A DNA stretch of 64,000 nt from Dehalococcoidia bacterium (GCA_034421135.1 DAOUKQ010000005.1:5408-69407), one strand, 5' to 3'; numbered from the stretch's first letter, positions 49,816 through 60,154 are shown. Notes: generated by a model not told the origin, from the letters alone. Translations and numbers: made by a program.

Positions 49816-49844
49816 AATTTACGTTGATGTGGAACTTTTATCAA
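49816..49844 (-). promoter_or_regulatory. Sigma70-type promoter upstream of dnaG-rpoD
   Basis: TTGATA (49844-49839), 17-nt spacer, TAAATT (49821-49816), in a markedly AT-rich patch. Confidence 0.65.
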
Positions 49845-49890
49845 TGTTTATGAGCGGGAAATCAGGAATTCGATAGCCGGAGGGCCGAAA

Positions 49891-51807
49891 TCAGGGCACT
49901 TCAAGCGAAGTCGAGTTGTTGTCGAGGTTGCGCTCGCCGTCGTCAGGCGCGGCGACCACGGAGATCCGAATGACGCCGCTGTGAGGGATCGAACCCGCCA
50001 GGATCTCGGCCGCTCCCGGCGCCAGCGGATTGGCGTCGGCGTCTCCCCGCGTAATGGTCTCCAGTTCATTGCCGGCTGCGTCGCTGATCACGACGGTGAA
50101 GGATGAAGCCGGGCCATCGCCGCTGTTGAGCACGCTGAGCAAGACGTACCCGTCCGTCGTCGCCTGGACGTCAAGCGGCGAGAGATCGGGTGCCGGCCCC
50201 GGTTCCGACGGTGGTTCCTGTTCTTGCTCCTGCGCCTCTTGCTGTGGTTGCTCGACCGCCGCTTGCTGCTGTTCAGCCTGCTCTTGCTGCTCCGGCGACG
50301 GAACCGGACTCAAGGTGACCTCGAAGATATTGTTGCTCGCGTCTGTGTCGGCGGTCGCTTCGAGTAGCACGAGCGCATCGACTTCGTCGCCCGCTGCGAA
50401 ATTCAGGTCGAGCGGGATGGTGCGCAGACCTCCCGGCTCGATCCCCATCGTGACATCGGCGGAAGCGATTTCTGCGCCGGTGGTCGCGTTGGCGACGGTG
50501 ACGATGACGTTGATCCGCTCGATGTCCACGCCGCTGGCGTTCGTGATCGACACGTTGAGCCGGCGGGGATCGTCGCTCGACTGCCTCGCCGTGACGATGG
50601 CCAGGTCGATCTCGTCACCGGCTGGTGTGTCGCTCTGGGGATCGGCGTCCGTTCCGTCCTCGCGCGCGCCGGCGACGACGTGGAATCTGATCCGGTGGTC
50701 GTAGCGCTCGTCCTCCGGCGTGAACACGACCAGTTCGAGCTCGTAGGTGCCTGAGCCGATGATCCAACTCTCGACGTCCTCAACGCGTTCGCTGAACGCA
50801 CCGCTGTTCTGGCCCGACGATGAGTGGATCAACTTCGGGCTGCCGAGTGTGCCGTTAGGCGCCACCGGGGTGATGTAGAGCAGGGCGCTCGCCACAGGTC
50901 CGGTGTTCTGGGCCATGATGTCGACGTCGATGGACAGGTCCTCGTCGAGCGTGAACTGCTGGCCGTCGCTGGGCGACTCAATGCGCGCCTCGCCGCTCTC
51001 GCCAGCGGTGGACTGATCCGGGTCTGCCGAGGACGCCGTCGAATCCTGTTGCTGCGCCTCGTTCTCTCCGGCAGAGTCTGCGCGGTCGGTGCCGCCCTGC
51101 GAGACAATGATGACCGGAATGGTCTCGGATTCCTGCCGGCCGGCGACATCAATCGCCGAAATCGTGACCTGAAACTCGCCGGTCTGCAGCGGCGTCCACT
51201 CGATGGCCGCGATGTACTGCCCGGCCGGATCGAGCACCGGCGAAACGGAGACCACGTGCTCGTCGTCCACCAGCATGTCGAATCGTTCAATCGCCTGACT
51301 GCCGGTCGCCGAGAGCGCGAGCCGAATGCTGGACCCTACGGCGAACTGCTGGAGGGGCGAGATGCCCAGCACCTGGACACGCAGGGTCGCGGCGACCCTG
51401 GCCTGGTCGTCGGTGACCTCAACCTGGATCTCCCTGGTCGACTCGACGCCTTGCTCGTCCAGCGTGACGATGCGGATGTTGGCGAACCCGAGTCGTTCGG
51501 GCGTCCAGACGAACGAACCGATCCACGCGCCCCGCTCGGCCGAGTACGGCGGGATCACGTCGGCGACCTTGCTGTCGTCGACGAACAGTTCGAGCGTCGC
51601 GATCGGACTGCCGGAGGAGATGGTGACGGTGATGCTCTGCGGCTCGTTGAGCAGGACGAGTTCGCCGTCGTCAATGGAAGCGACGATCACCGGCGCATCC
51701 GGTTCGCCGGTGCTCAGCAGGTCGAGCCGGCTGATGATCACCACGACCGCCACGACGATCGCGGCAATGACGAGGAGGATGGCGATTGAGCCGATGCGGC
51801 TGCCCAT
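49891..51807 (-). CDS. Membrane-anchored surface protein with Ig-like and CARDB-like repeats
   Basis: N-terminal TM helix, beta-rich repeats (LELFVDD, FDMLVDD), two CARDB-like units ending DASNN and NLDNN, and Gln/Glu-rich linkers. Confidence 0.75.
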   Translation of the reverse strand: MGSRIGSIAILLVIAAIVVAVVVIISRLDLLSTGEPDAPVIVASIDDGELVLLNEPQSITVTISSGSPIATLELFVDDSKVADVIPPYSAERGAWIGSFVWTPERLGFANIRIVTLDEQGVESTREIQVEVTDDQARVAATLRVQVLGISPLQQFAVGSSIRLALSATGSQAIERFDMLVDDEHVVSVSPVLDPAGQYIAAIEWTPLQTGEFQVTISAIDVAGRQESETIPVIIVSQGGTDRADSAGENEAQQQDSTASSADPDQSTAGESGEARIESPSDGQQFTLDEDLSIDVDIMAQNTGPVASALLYITPVAPNGTLGSPKLIHSSSGQNSGAFSERVEDVESWIIGSGTYELELVVFTPEDERYDHRIRFHVVAGAREDGTDADPQSDTPAGDEIDLAIVTARQSSDDPRRLNVSITNASGVDIERINVIVTVANATTGAEIASADVTMGIEPGGLRTIPLDLNFAAGDEVDALVLLEATADTDASNNIFEVTLSPVPSPEQQEQAEQQQAAVEQPQQEAQEQEQEPPSEPGPAPDLSPLDVQATTDGYVLLSVLNSGDGPASSFTVVISDAAGNELETITRGDADANPLAPGAAEILAGSIPHSGVIRISVVAAPDDGERNLDNNSTSLEVP

Positions 51808-51925
51808 GCGTATCCAACGACCAACGACCGGCGCGAACGCCGGATGAGGAACCGGGAGGATTCGCCGTCACTCTATATCGCGAAGTGTCTCGGATTGAGC
51901 GCGATCGTTACGACCGTGACGTTCG

Positions 51926-54217
51926 TTAACGCTTGCGCTGCGCCTCGGCGTTGGCGACTAAGTGACGGGTCTGTTCGATCACGTCGGGGGTGACGGAGAT
52001 CGAAGTAATCCCCCAGTCAACTAGACGCTGCGCAAGGTCGGGATGTTCCGAGGGCCCCTGGCCGCAGACCGACACCGTGACTCCGCGTCGCTTTGCGGTC
52101 GTGATCACGTGCTCGATCGCTTTGAGCACGGCGGGATTGCGTTCGTCGAAGGTGTCGGCAAAGCGTTCCGAATCGCGGTCGATGCCCAGCGTCAGCTGGG
52201 TCAGGTCGTTCGAGCCGATCGACACGCCGTCGATCCCGCAGTCGATGAACTCGTCCAAGAGGAACACGTTCGAGGGCACCTCGACCATCATCCAGAGTTG
52301 GAACCCGCCCGGCGCGGCGGCATCGCGCTCGAGTCCGTAGTCGTCGACCTGTTTCACGACCTGGGCCATCTCGTCCGGGGTCCGCACGAACGGGATCATC
52401 AGGTGCAGGTTGGAATGGTCCGCGCGAACGAGTTCCAGGGCCCGCAGTTCGAGCTCGAACAGGTCGGGTTCACGGATATAGCGCGCGGCCCCGCGATAGC
52501 CGATCATCGGGTTTTCTTCGTCGGGTTCGTAGATGTCGCCGCCGGTGAGATTGGCGTACTCGTTCGTTTTGAAGTCGGTCGCCCGGTAGACGACCGGACG
52601 TGGATCGAAGGCCGATGCAATCTTGCGCATGCCCTCCGAGAGCCGCTTGACGTACTCGTCCTGGCGTCCGGTGTTGATGAAGTTGCGCGGATGCTCGCCG
52701 AGGCGGGCGATGATGAATTCCGCGCGCAGCAAGCCGACCCCATCGACATCGCGCTCGGCCACGCGATCGGCGATCTCCGGCTCGGCGAGATTGACGTAGA
52801 GCTTGGTCTCGGTCGCGATCGGGGCGTACAGCTCTTCCTCGCGGTCGTGCCACCAGTCGAGCAGTTCGCTCTGGATGCCGTCGTAGACGTGGCCCGACGC
52901 GCCGTCGACGGTGACTTCGCGTCCGTTGGCCAGCAGCGCCGCGCCGGTCGCGCCGACGACGCAGGGGACGCCCAGCTCGCGCGAGATGATCGCGGCATGG
53001 CAGGTGCGGCCGCCGCGCTCGGTGATGATCGCCGCGGCGCGTTTCATGGCCGGGACGAAGTCCGGGGTGGTCATCTCGGCGACCAACACGTCGCCCTCGC
53101 CAATCGCCGAGGTCTCGCGAGCGTCGAGAATCACGCGCACCCGTCCGCTGGCAACTCCCGGCGATGCCGGAGAGCCGCCGAGAATCGGTTCTTCGACCGG
53201 CGTCGGCGCCGGATTGTCGCCGTTGGTCTTGGCCGACGGCGCGACCGTCGTAATCGGTCGCGTCTGGAGCAGGTAGAAGGTGTTGTCGACGAGTCCCCAC
53301 TCAATGTCCTGGGGAGCCTCGTAGTGCGACTCGATGCGCTGTCCGATCTCGCTCAGTTCAACGACCTGAGCATCGCTCAGTTTCGGCGTTGAACCTTCGG
53401 ATTCCGTAAGGTCGCGCCACGAGTTGTGACCGTGCTCGGGATCGATCCGACCGTCGGTCGATCGGACCAGCATGCGGTCCTGGGTGAAGATTTGCCGTTC
53501 AATGATGCCGGCCGTCGACTTGTCGACCTCGTAGTGATCGGGAGACACGAGTCCGCCGACGACGGCCTCGCCGAGACCGAATGCAGCCTCGATCACGACC
53601 CGGTTGTGGTCGTTGGTGATCGGATCGACGGTGAACATCACGCCCGATGACTCGGACTGGATCATCTGTTGCACCGGCACTGCCAGGTCGACATCGAGGT
53701 GTCCCCAGCCGGCCTGTTCGCGGTAGAAGATGGCGCGAGGCTCGAACAGCGATGCCCAGCAACGCTGCACAGCCTCGACCACATCAATCGCACCCTCGAC
53801 ATTGAGGAAGGTCGCCTGCTGACCGGCAAATGATGCTTCGGCCAGGTCCTCGGCCGTCGCCGAGCTGCGCACCGCGACCGGACCTTCGCCCAGTTCGGCG
53901 TAGGCGGCGGTGATCTCCTGCTGCAGCGTGGCAGGCATCTCTGCCTGCTCGATGGCGTGCTGGACGGCGCGGGCCTTGCGATTCAGTTGATCATCGTCGT
54001 CGACGTCGAGGCCGTTGAGAATCCGGCGCAGCGTGATGTCGAGGCCGCTGTGATCGATGAACTCGCGATAAGCGCGGGTCGTCACGACGAATCCCGGAGG
54101 CACGGGGATGCCGGCCTGGGTGAGTTCGCCCAGGTTTGCGCCTTTTCCGCCAACCAGGGGGACGGCGTCCCGCCCGACTTCGGCGAACCAGACGATGTGT
54201 GATGTGGCAGAGGTCAT
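51926..54217 (-). CDS. ppsA: Phosphoenolpyruvate synthase (pyruvate, water dikinase)
   Basis: VGGKGANLGEL, AVRSSATAEDL, GGRTCHAAIISRELG (phospho-His), GVGLLRAE, ENPMIGYRG and SIGSNDLTQ. Confidence 0.95.
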   Translation of the reverse strand: MTSATSHIVWFAEVGRDAVPLVGGKGANLGELTQAGIPVPPGFVVTTRAYREFIDHSGLDITLRRILNGLDVDDDDQLNRKARAVQHAIEQAEMPATLQQEITAAYAELGEGPVAVRSSATAEDLAEASFAGQQATFLNVEGAIDVVEAVQRCWASLFEPRAIFYREQAGWGHLDVDLAVPVQQMIQSESSGVMFTVDPITNDHNRVVIEAAFGLGEAVVGGLVSPDHYEVDKSTAGIIERQIFTQDRMLVRSTDGRIDPEHGHNSWRDLTESEGSTPKLSDAQVVELSEIGQRIESHYEAPQDIEWGLVDNTFYLLQTRPITTVAPSAKTNGDNPAPTPVEEPILGGSPASPGVASGRVRVILDARETSAIGEGDVLVAEMTTPDFVPAMKRAAAIITERGGRTCHAAIISRELGVPCVVGATGAALLANGREVTVDGASGHVYDGIQSELLDWWHDREEELYAPIATETKLYVNLAEPEIADRVAERDVDGVGLLRAEFIIARLGEHPRNFINTGRQDEYVKRLSEGMRKIASAFDPRPVVYRATDFKTNEYANLTGGDIYEPDEENPMIGYRGAARYIREPDLFELELRALELVRADHSNLHLMIPFVRTPDEMAQVVKQVDDYGLERDAAAPGGFQLWMMVEVPSNVFLLDEFIDCGIDGVSIGSNDLTQLTLGIDRDSERFADTFDERNPAVLKAIEHVITTAKRRGVTVSVCGQGPSEHPDLAQRLVDWGITSISVTPDVIEQTRHLVANAEAQRKR

Positions 54218-54338
54218 GCAGGCCGCCCGCGGGTTCAGGCTGGGACGTTCATCGGTCGCGGACGCAGGATATCACCGCGTTAACGAAACTCGACTATCGC
54301 GTGGCTGACTCAGCACCGCTCCGGTCGAGCATTCCCAA

Positions 54339-56195
54339 TCACTCCACCGTGACCGTCTTGGCCAGGTTTCTCGGTTGATCGATGTCGAGCCCGCGCGCGA
54401 GGGCGATGTGATAGGCGAGCAACTGGATCACGGGTGTGAGCGTAAAGGGCGTGAGCAGGTCGGGCGCGGGCGGCACGCCGATGAAGTGGTCGACGATCTC
54501 GGCAAGCTCGCGGTCGCCCTCGTCGCCAATGGCGATCACTGGTGCGCGGCGCGCGCCGACTTGCTGGATCGCCGACATCATCTTGTCGAACAGCGGCCCG
54601 CGCGTAGCGAGCGCGATCACGGGAAAGTCCTGATCGAGCAGCGCGATCGGTCCGTGCTTCATCTCGCCGGCTGCGTAGCCCTCGGCATGAACGTAGGAAA
54701 TCTCCTTGCACTTGAGCGCAGCCTCCATGGCGAGGGGGTACTCGATACCGCGTCCCAGGACGAGGAAGTTCGCCGAGCTGGTGTAGAGCTGCGCGATCTC
54801 GGCGCAGCGCTCGGAGAGTCCGATGCCGCGCTCGACCAACGACGGCGCGGTCAGGAGTTGTTCCAGCGAACCGCTGAGGCCGGGCGCGTCGAGATTGCCT
54901 CGCGCCTTGCCGATCCGGCAGGCGAGCAGATAGAGCGCGGCGAGCGAGCCGAGAAATGTCTTGGTCGATGCGACGCCGACCTCGGGACCGCAGCGCATCA
55001 GAATCGACGCGTCGGCCTTGCGCGTGGCCTCCGAGCCGTCGACGTTGGTGATCACAACTTGCGGCGCGCCCCAGCGTTCGCGGACATGGTTCATCGCGCC
55101 AAGCGTGTCGATCGTCTCGCCCGACTGGGTCACCGAAACCACCAACGTCGCCGGACCGATCACCGGCGCGCGGAAGCGGAACTCGGAGGCGTTGTCGAAG
55201 TCGGCGGGAATGCCGGCGATCCGCTCGATCCACCAGCGCCCGATCATCGCCGCATGCAGCGACGTACCCATGCCGATCACAAGCACGCGCTCGATGGTCC
55301 GCAGCGTCTCGTCGGGGATGTCGAAGTCGTCCGCGAGCGCGCTGGGCGGATCGAGTCTGGCGCGGCCGCGGATCGTGTCCGATAGCGCCCGCGGCTGTTC
55401 GTGAATTTCCTTGAGCATGAAGTGTCGGTACGGGCCTCGCGCAATCGCGACCGGGTCGAGGTCAACCTGTTTCGGCGTCGGCTCGGTCGCGGGTTGACCG
55501 TCGCGGTGGATCGTGACGCGGTCGGCGGCGATGGACGCGATCTCGCCGTCTTCGAGGTGGTAGACCGTCGTCGTGTGCGGGAGCAGGGCCGGCAGATCGC
55601 TGGCGAGGTACATCTCGCCGTCGCCGTAGCCGATCACGATGCCGCCGGCTGAGCCTTTGCGAGCGGCGTAAATCCGGGACGGATCGGCGCGGTTGACGAC
55701 TGCAATGGCGTTTGCTCCCTGCAACCGACCGATCGCGTGCTGCAACGCCTCTTCGAACGATGCGTTCTCGGCGAGCTTCCGCGCGATGAGTTCGGGAATG
55801 ACCTCCGTGTCGGTATCGGAGAGCCACGAACGGCCCTCGTCCTGGAGGAACGGCTGGAGTTCGGCCTTGAGTTCGCGGTAGTTCTCGACGATGCCGTTCT
55901 GGACCACAATCACGTTGCCCGAGGTGGATGCGTGAGGATGCGCGTTGCGGTCGGAGGGCTCCCCGTGGGTCGCCCATCGCGTGTGACCGATACCGGCGCA
56001 GCCGCTGGGCATGATCCCAACTGCCGCCTCTAGATCGCGCAGCTTGCCCTGTTTCTTGAGCACGGCCAGCGCGCCGTCGTGGTCGAGCACGGCGATACCG
56101 GACGAGTCGTAGCCGCGATACTCAAGCCGTTGCAAACCCTCAAGCAGGATGGGTCCGGCCGACTGATGGCCGACATATCCGACGATGCCGCACAT
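54339..56195 (-). CDS. glmS: Glutamine-fructose-6-phosphate transaminase
   Basis: MCGIVG, LEYRGYDSSG, GHTRWATHG, HFMLKEIHEQP, QSGETIDT, GEMKHGP and PRNLAKTVTVE. Confidence 0.97.
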   Translation of the reverse strand: MCGIVGYVGHQSAGPILLEGLQRLEYRGYDSSGIAVLDHDGALAVLKKQGKLRDLEAAVGIMPSGCAGIGHTRWATHGEPSDRNAHPHASTSGNVIVVQNGIVENYRELKAELQPFLQDEGRSWLSDTDTEVIPELIARKLAENASFEEALQHAIGRLQGANAIAVVNRADPSRIYAARKGSAGGIVIGYGDGEMYLASDLPALLPHTTTVYHLEDGEIASIAADRVTIHRDGQPATEPTPKQVDLDPVAIARGPYRHFMLKEIHEQPRALSDTIRGRARLDPPSALADDFDIPDETLRTIERVLVIGMGTSLHAAMIGRWWIERIAGIPADFDNASEFRFRAPVIGPATLVVSVTQSGETIDTLGAMNHVRERWGAPQVVITNVDGSEATRKADASILMRCGPEVGVASTKTFLGSLAALYLLACRIGKARGNLDAPGLSGSLEQLLTAPSLVERGIGLSERCAEIAQLYTSSANFLVLGRGIEYPLAMEAALKCKEISYVHAEGYAAGEMKHGPIALLDQDFPVIALATRGPLFDKMMSAIQQVGARRAPVIAIGDEGDRELAEIVDHFIGVPPAPDLLTPFTLTPVIQLLAYHIALARGLDIDQPRNLAKTVTVE

Positions 56196-56209
56196 GGGAC
56201 GCCCTACAT

Positions 56210-57631
56210 CTACCCCGCCGCAGGCGATGTCCAACTACGACCATTGGAGCGCGGATTCGGTTGAGGCTGCCTGCTGCCTCGACCGTCGTCCTCAACGCCT
56301 TCAATGATCGACTCTAGTAGCTCGGACATCGTGTAGACGAACGAGACGGGCCGATTGAGCTCGGATTCAAGATGTTCAGGCGTCAGATCGTCGAGGAAAT
56401 TGTTGCCGAAGTAATCGAGCGAGGCTCGCGGCAGGAACACCCGCTGGGGCAGGTCGCGGTCCGAAAGGGCTGCGAGAAAGTCACGGCTGGGGATCAAGCC
56501 GCTGACGTTGACTCGGGATCCGAACAGTGTGTTGTCGACCGGGATCACCTCAAACTCGCAACCGGTGAGCGACGCCGCCTGCTCGCAGATGTCGCGCAGC
56601 GTCGGCGCGATCAGCGAGCCGCAGGCGATCAGCGCCGTCGTCGCCGGCACTGCCATGCGTCCTTCGCGAATCTTGCGACGTACTCGCGCCCAGTCGTCGA
56701 GCAGCGTGCGGGTCATGCCGATGCCGTTTTCCCACTGGGGGAATCCGTCGTAGCGCTGCGCCGACGGAATCCTCGCGCCGGCGGTGAGGTAGAACTCGTC
56801 GCTGGGAAAGACGACCGAATCACCGCGTTCCGATCGTGCAAGGCGTTGCCAGCGTCGGAGCTGTCGCACGACGCGCTTCGCCTCGTCGGCGCTGTGAGCC
56901 CTCATACCGTCGTCGTTGATCCGCGCTTCGCCTTCGAGCGACGAGCCGACCGGCACGACGCCGATCGACGTCACATTCGGCTGACGCAGTAGGTCGCCGA
57001 CCGTTTGATCGAGCGCATCGCCGTCATTGACGCCGGGACAGAGCACGACTTGCGTATGCGCGTCAATGCGCATCTCGGCGAGTCGCCGCAGTTGTTCGAT
57101 GATGTCCGGCGCGCGGCGATTGCCGAGCAAGGTCCGGCGCAGTTCGAGATCGGTCGCGTGGACGCTGACGTGCAGCGGACTCAGCCGCTGCTCCTCCAAC
57201 CGAGTCCAGTCGTCGTCTGAGAGATTGGTCAGCGTGACGAAGTTGCCGTGCAGGAAGGAGAGACGGTAGTCGTCGTCCTTGATGTAGAGCGGTCGCCTGA
57301 GTCCTTTGGGCAGGCCCTTGAGGAAACAGAAGAAGCACTTGTTGTTGCAGATACGCGTGCCGTCGAATGCGTCGTCGTCGAACTCGATGCCGAGCGGTTC
57401 GTCGATCGGCTTTTCAAACTCGACAAAGCCGGTTTCGCCTTCGTGAATCACTTCCAACTCGACGATGGCGTCGGTGGTCTGAAAGCGATAGTCGACGGGA
57501 TCGCGGATGGGCTGTCCGTTGACGGCGAGCACCTGGTCGCCGGGTTGCAAGCCGGCCTCGTCGGCGAGTGAATTGGGCGACACGGCGCTGATCGCGCCGG
57601 CGGGTACGGGTGAACGGCGCGGTCTGGGCAT
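56210..57631 (-). CDS. PDZ + radical-SAM-like DUF512 protein
   Basis: N-terminal PDZ-like GLQPGDQVLAVNG, CNNKCFFC (CX3CX2C), YIKDDDYRLSFLHGNFVTLTN and PQWENGIG. Confidence 0.85.
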   Translation of the reverse strand: MPRPRRSPVPAGAISAVSPNSLADEAGLQPGDQVLAVNGQPIRDPVDYRFQTTDAIVELEVIHEGETGFVEFEKPIDEPLGIEFDDDAFDGTRICNNKCFFCFLKGLPKGLRRPLYIKDDDYRLSFLHGNFVTLTNLSDDDWTRLEEQRLSPLHVSVHATDLELRRTLLGNRRAPDIIEQLRRLAEMRIDAHTQVVLCPGVNDGDALDQTVGDLLRQPNVTSIGVVPVGSSLEGEARINDDGMRAHSADEAKRVVRQLRRWQRLARSERGDSVVFPSDEFYLTAGARIPSAQRYDGFPQWENGIGMTRTLLDDWARVRRKIREGRMAVPATTALIACGSLIAPTLRDICEQAASLTGCEFEVIPVDNTLFGSRVNVSGLIPSRDFLAALSDRDLPQRVFLPRASLDYFGNNFLDDLTPEHLESELNRPVSFVYTMSELLESIIEGVEDDGRGSRQPQPNPRSNGRSWTSPAAG

Positions 57632-57686
57632 GCGCAATCTGTCGGGTTGTCGCGCTTTGATTCTGTCGGCTGACCGATTCGCGCGG

Positions 57687-58562
57687 CTAGACGGTGGCCG
57701 AGGCGAGCTGATCGAACTCTTCGATGCGGGCGACCACGGCGTCGATGGAGAAATCGGGAGTCGATGCGCCGGCGGTGACGCCGACATCTTGGTGTCCTTC
57801 AAACCACTGGGGTTCGAGTTCGTCCGCCGTCTCGACGTGGTAGGTCTCGATGCCGTTGGCCTTCGAGAGCTCGGCGAGATGTCGGGTGTTGGCCGAGTTG
57901 TGACCGCCGACCACAACCATCAGATCGACGTCCTCGGTCAGGTCCCGCGTCGCCGCCTGCTGCGACGTGGTCGCGTTGCAGAGCACGTTGACGACGCGGA
58001 TCTCGGTGATCTGATCGATTCGCGCGCGCATCAGGTTGGCGACGAAGACGGCGAACCGCTCGGGCGTGTGGGTGGTTTGCGAGATCACGCCGATTTTCGC
58101 CGGCAGATAGTCGGGCAACTCTTCGAGCGACTCGTTCTTGATCACGATGCCGCGACCGCGGCACCAGCCGAGCACGCCTTTGACCTCAGGGTGCGTCGGG
58201 TCGCCGAAGATGATCACCGTGAATCCTCGCTCGGCGAGGTTGCGGGCCGCTCGTTGTGAGCGGGAGACAAACTGGCAAGTCGTGTCGATTACCTTGAGTC
58301 CGCGCGCTTCGATGTCGCGAACGACCGTCTCGCCAACGCCGTGTGCGGTGATCGCGACCGTGTCGGTCTGCACGCCGTCGGCGGAGCGATCCTCCTTGAC
58401 CGTAATGCCCGTGTCTTCCAATTGGGCCACCACCTGAGGATTGTGAACGACCTGGCCAAGCGTGGTCACCCTGGTGCCGTTGGCGGCTGCCTCCTTCATC
58501 ATGTCAACCGCGCGACGGACGCCGAAGCAGAAGCCCATGTCACTGGCTCGGTGAATCTTCAT
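57687..58562 (-). CDS. ispH: 4-hydroxy-3-methylbut-2-enyl diphosphate reductase
   Basis: GFCFGVRRAV, VHNPQV, AHGV, DTTCQFV, QTT, LCNAT, GGHNSANT and TAGASTP. Confidence 0.96.
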   Translation of the reverse strand: MKIHRASDMGFCFGVRRAVDMMKEAAANGTRVTTLGQVVHNPQVVAQLEDTGITVKEDRSADGVQTDTVAITAHGVGETVVRDIEARGLKVIDTTCQFVSRSQRAARNLAERGFTVIIFGDPTHPEVKGVLGWCRGRGIVIKNESLEELPDYLPAKIGVISQTTHTPERFAVFVANLMRARIDQITEIRVVNVLCNATTSQQAATRDLTEDVDLMVVVGGHNSANTRHLAELSKANGIETYHVETADELEPQWFEGHQDVGVTAGASTPDFSIDAVVARIEEFDQLASATV

Positions 58563-59389
58563 GCTGCTGCTCCTGGCTGTTGGGACTCTGGCGACTCCGA
58601 CGCGGTCTGACTTGGTGCATCCATCTGGTTGACGTCGTCGTCAACCAAATGCGCATATACGCCACGATACGCGGGGGGTAGCTGTTCGGCAATGGCGCGC
58701 ATGATTGTCGTATGGGCGCGGTCGATGTCTTCCCGGTTGATGCGCTCGCCGCGTGGTTTGACGACAAAGGGGTGCGATGCGGTCATGCGGACCTGGGTGC
58801 GCGCAAACAGCGCGCGCCAACCGCCCCGCATCCGCTCGGATCCGGTAATGCCGACCGCGACCACCGGCGCCTGCGACCGCAGCGCAAGCAGCGCCGTGCC
58901 GGGATGCGCGCGCATCATCGCTCCGGTGTCCGAGCGGTGCCCTTCCGGGAACATGCCCAGCGCCGCGCCCTCCTTGAGCAGCCGTTCCGCCTCGCGGATC
59001 GCGAGCCGGTCGCCGGCGCCTCGCCGGACCGGAAACGCGCCCGACAACGCGAACAGATACCCGATGATCGGCTCTTTCTGGAACAGCTCGACCTTGGCCA
59101 TGTATCTCGGCGAGCGCGGGTAGATCGCCGAGGCCATCATCGCCGGATCGGCGGAGGAGACGTGGTTGGAGGCGATGATCACTGCTCCGTTGGGAATGCG
59201 GTCGAAATGGACCCAATCGCACCGCACGATGCGAAGAAAGGCGAAGCGGGCGAAGAATCCGGCGACCAGGAACCAGACGCGCGAGGCGTTGGGCATTCCG
59301 GTCATGCCGATATCGGACAGGGCCTTGTACTCGCCGAACAGCAATCGGGTGAGCTGCCTGGTGGTCCAGCGGTACATGCGTCGTCGCAT
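58559..59389 (-). CDS. plsC: 1-acyl-sn-glycerol-3-phosphate acyltransferase family
   Basis: NHVSSAD (HX4D), RYMAKVELF and FPEGHRS. Confidence 0.88.
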   Translation of the reverse strand: MRRRMYRWTTRQLTRLLFGEYKALSDIGMTGMPNASRVWFLVAGFFARFAFLRIVRCDWVHFDRIPNGAVIIASNHVSSADPAMMASAIYPRSPRYMAKVELFQKEPIIGYLFALSGAFPVRRGAGDRLAIREAERLLKEGAALGMFPEGHRSDTGAMMRAHPGTALLALRSQAPVVAVGITGSERMRGGWRALFARTQVRMTASHPFVVKPRGERINREDIDRAHTTIMRAIAEQLPPAYRGVYAHLVDDDVNQMDAPSQTASESPESQQPGAAA

Positions 59390-59392
59390 GGT

Positions 59393-60148
59393 TCAACCTC
59401 GCGCCGGTGTGGAGGATCCGTCCATCGCGCCGAGCTCGGGGATGCGTTCGCGAACAATCCGTTCCGCTCGGTCGATGGACTCTTCAAGGGTCAGGTTGGA
59501 CGTATCGAGCACGATTGCATCGTCGGCGGTAACCAGAGGCGAGGTCGCTCGGCTCCGATCGCGTCGATCGCGACGCTGCGTCGCGGCCAGCACCGACTGT
59601 TCGTCCGACGTTCCTCCATGCTCGGCGGCTCGCCGTCGGGCACGCACTTCTTCGCTCGCGTCCAGGAATATCTTCACCGGCGCCTGCGGCAAGACCACCG
59701 TGCCGATGTCCCGACCTACGACGATCATGCAGCCTCGCGCTGCCTGGGCCTGCTGAATCTCAACCATGAGCGCGCGTACCTCGGCGATCGCGGCCACGGT
59801 TGGGACTCCCGACTCGACGGCAGGTTCGCGGAGATACGGCGTCGCATTGTCGCCGTTGACCACGACATCGAGTTCGATCGAGTCCGTTTTCCGTGAAGGC
59901 GACAGGTTGAAATCGGAATTCCGAATCAGCTCAGCCACCGATTCTCCGTCGTCGAGATAGGTACCGTTGCGCTCGGCCAGCCAGGTCGCAGCGCGATACA
60001 TGATGCCCGTGTCGAAGAGCCGCCACCCCAATCGCCTGGCCAGGGCGCGGCCAACCGCGGTCTTGCCTGAGGCGACCGGACCATCGATGGCGACCACCAG
60101 ACCCTCGCAGTCAGGTCGTTCGCAGTCGGGCACGGGAGTCTTGGTCAT
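59393..60148 (-). CDS. cmk: Cytidylate kinase
   Basis: AIDGPVASGKT, DTGIMYRA, VVGRDIGTVV and RDRRDRSRATSPL. Confidence 0.94.
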   Translation of the reverse strand: MTKTPVPDCERPDCEGLVVAIDGPVASGKTAVGRALARRLGWRLFDTGIMYRAATWLAERNGTYLDDGESVAELIRNSDFNLSPSRKTDSIELDVVVNGDNATPYLREPAVESGVPTVAAIAEVRALMVEIQQAQAARGCMIVVGRDIGTVVLPQAPVKIFLDASEEVRARRRAAEHGGTSDEQSVLAATQRRDRRDRSRATSPLVTADDAIVLDTSNLTLEESIDRAERIVRERIPELGAMDGSSTPARG

Positions 60149-60154
60149 GGCCAC

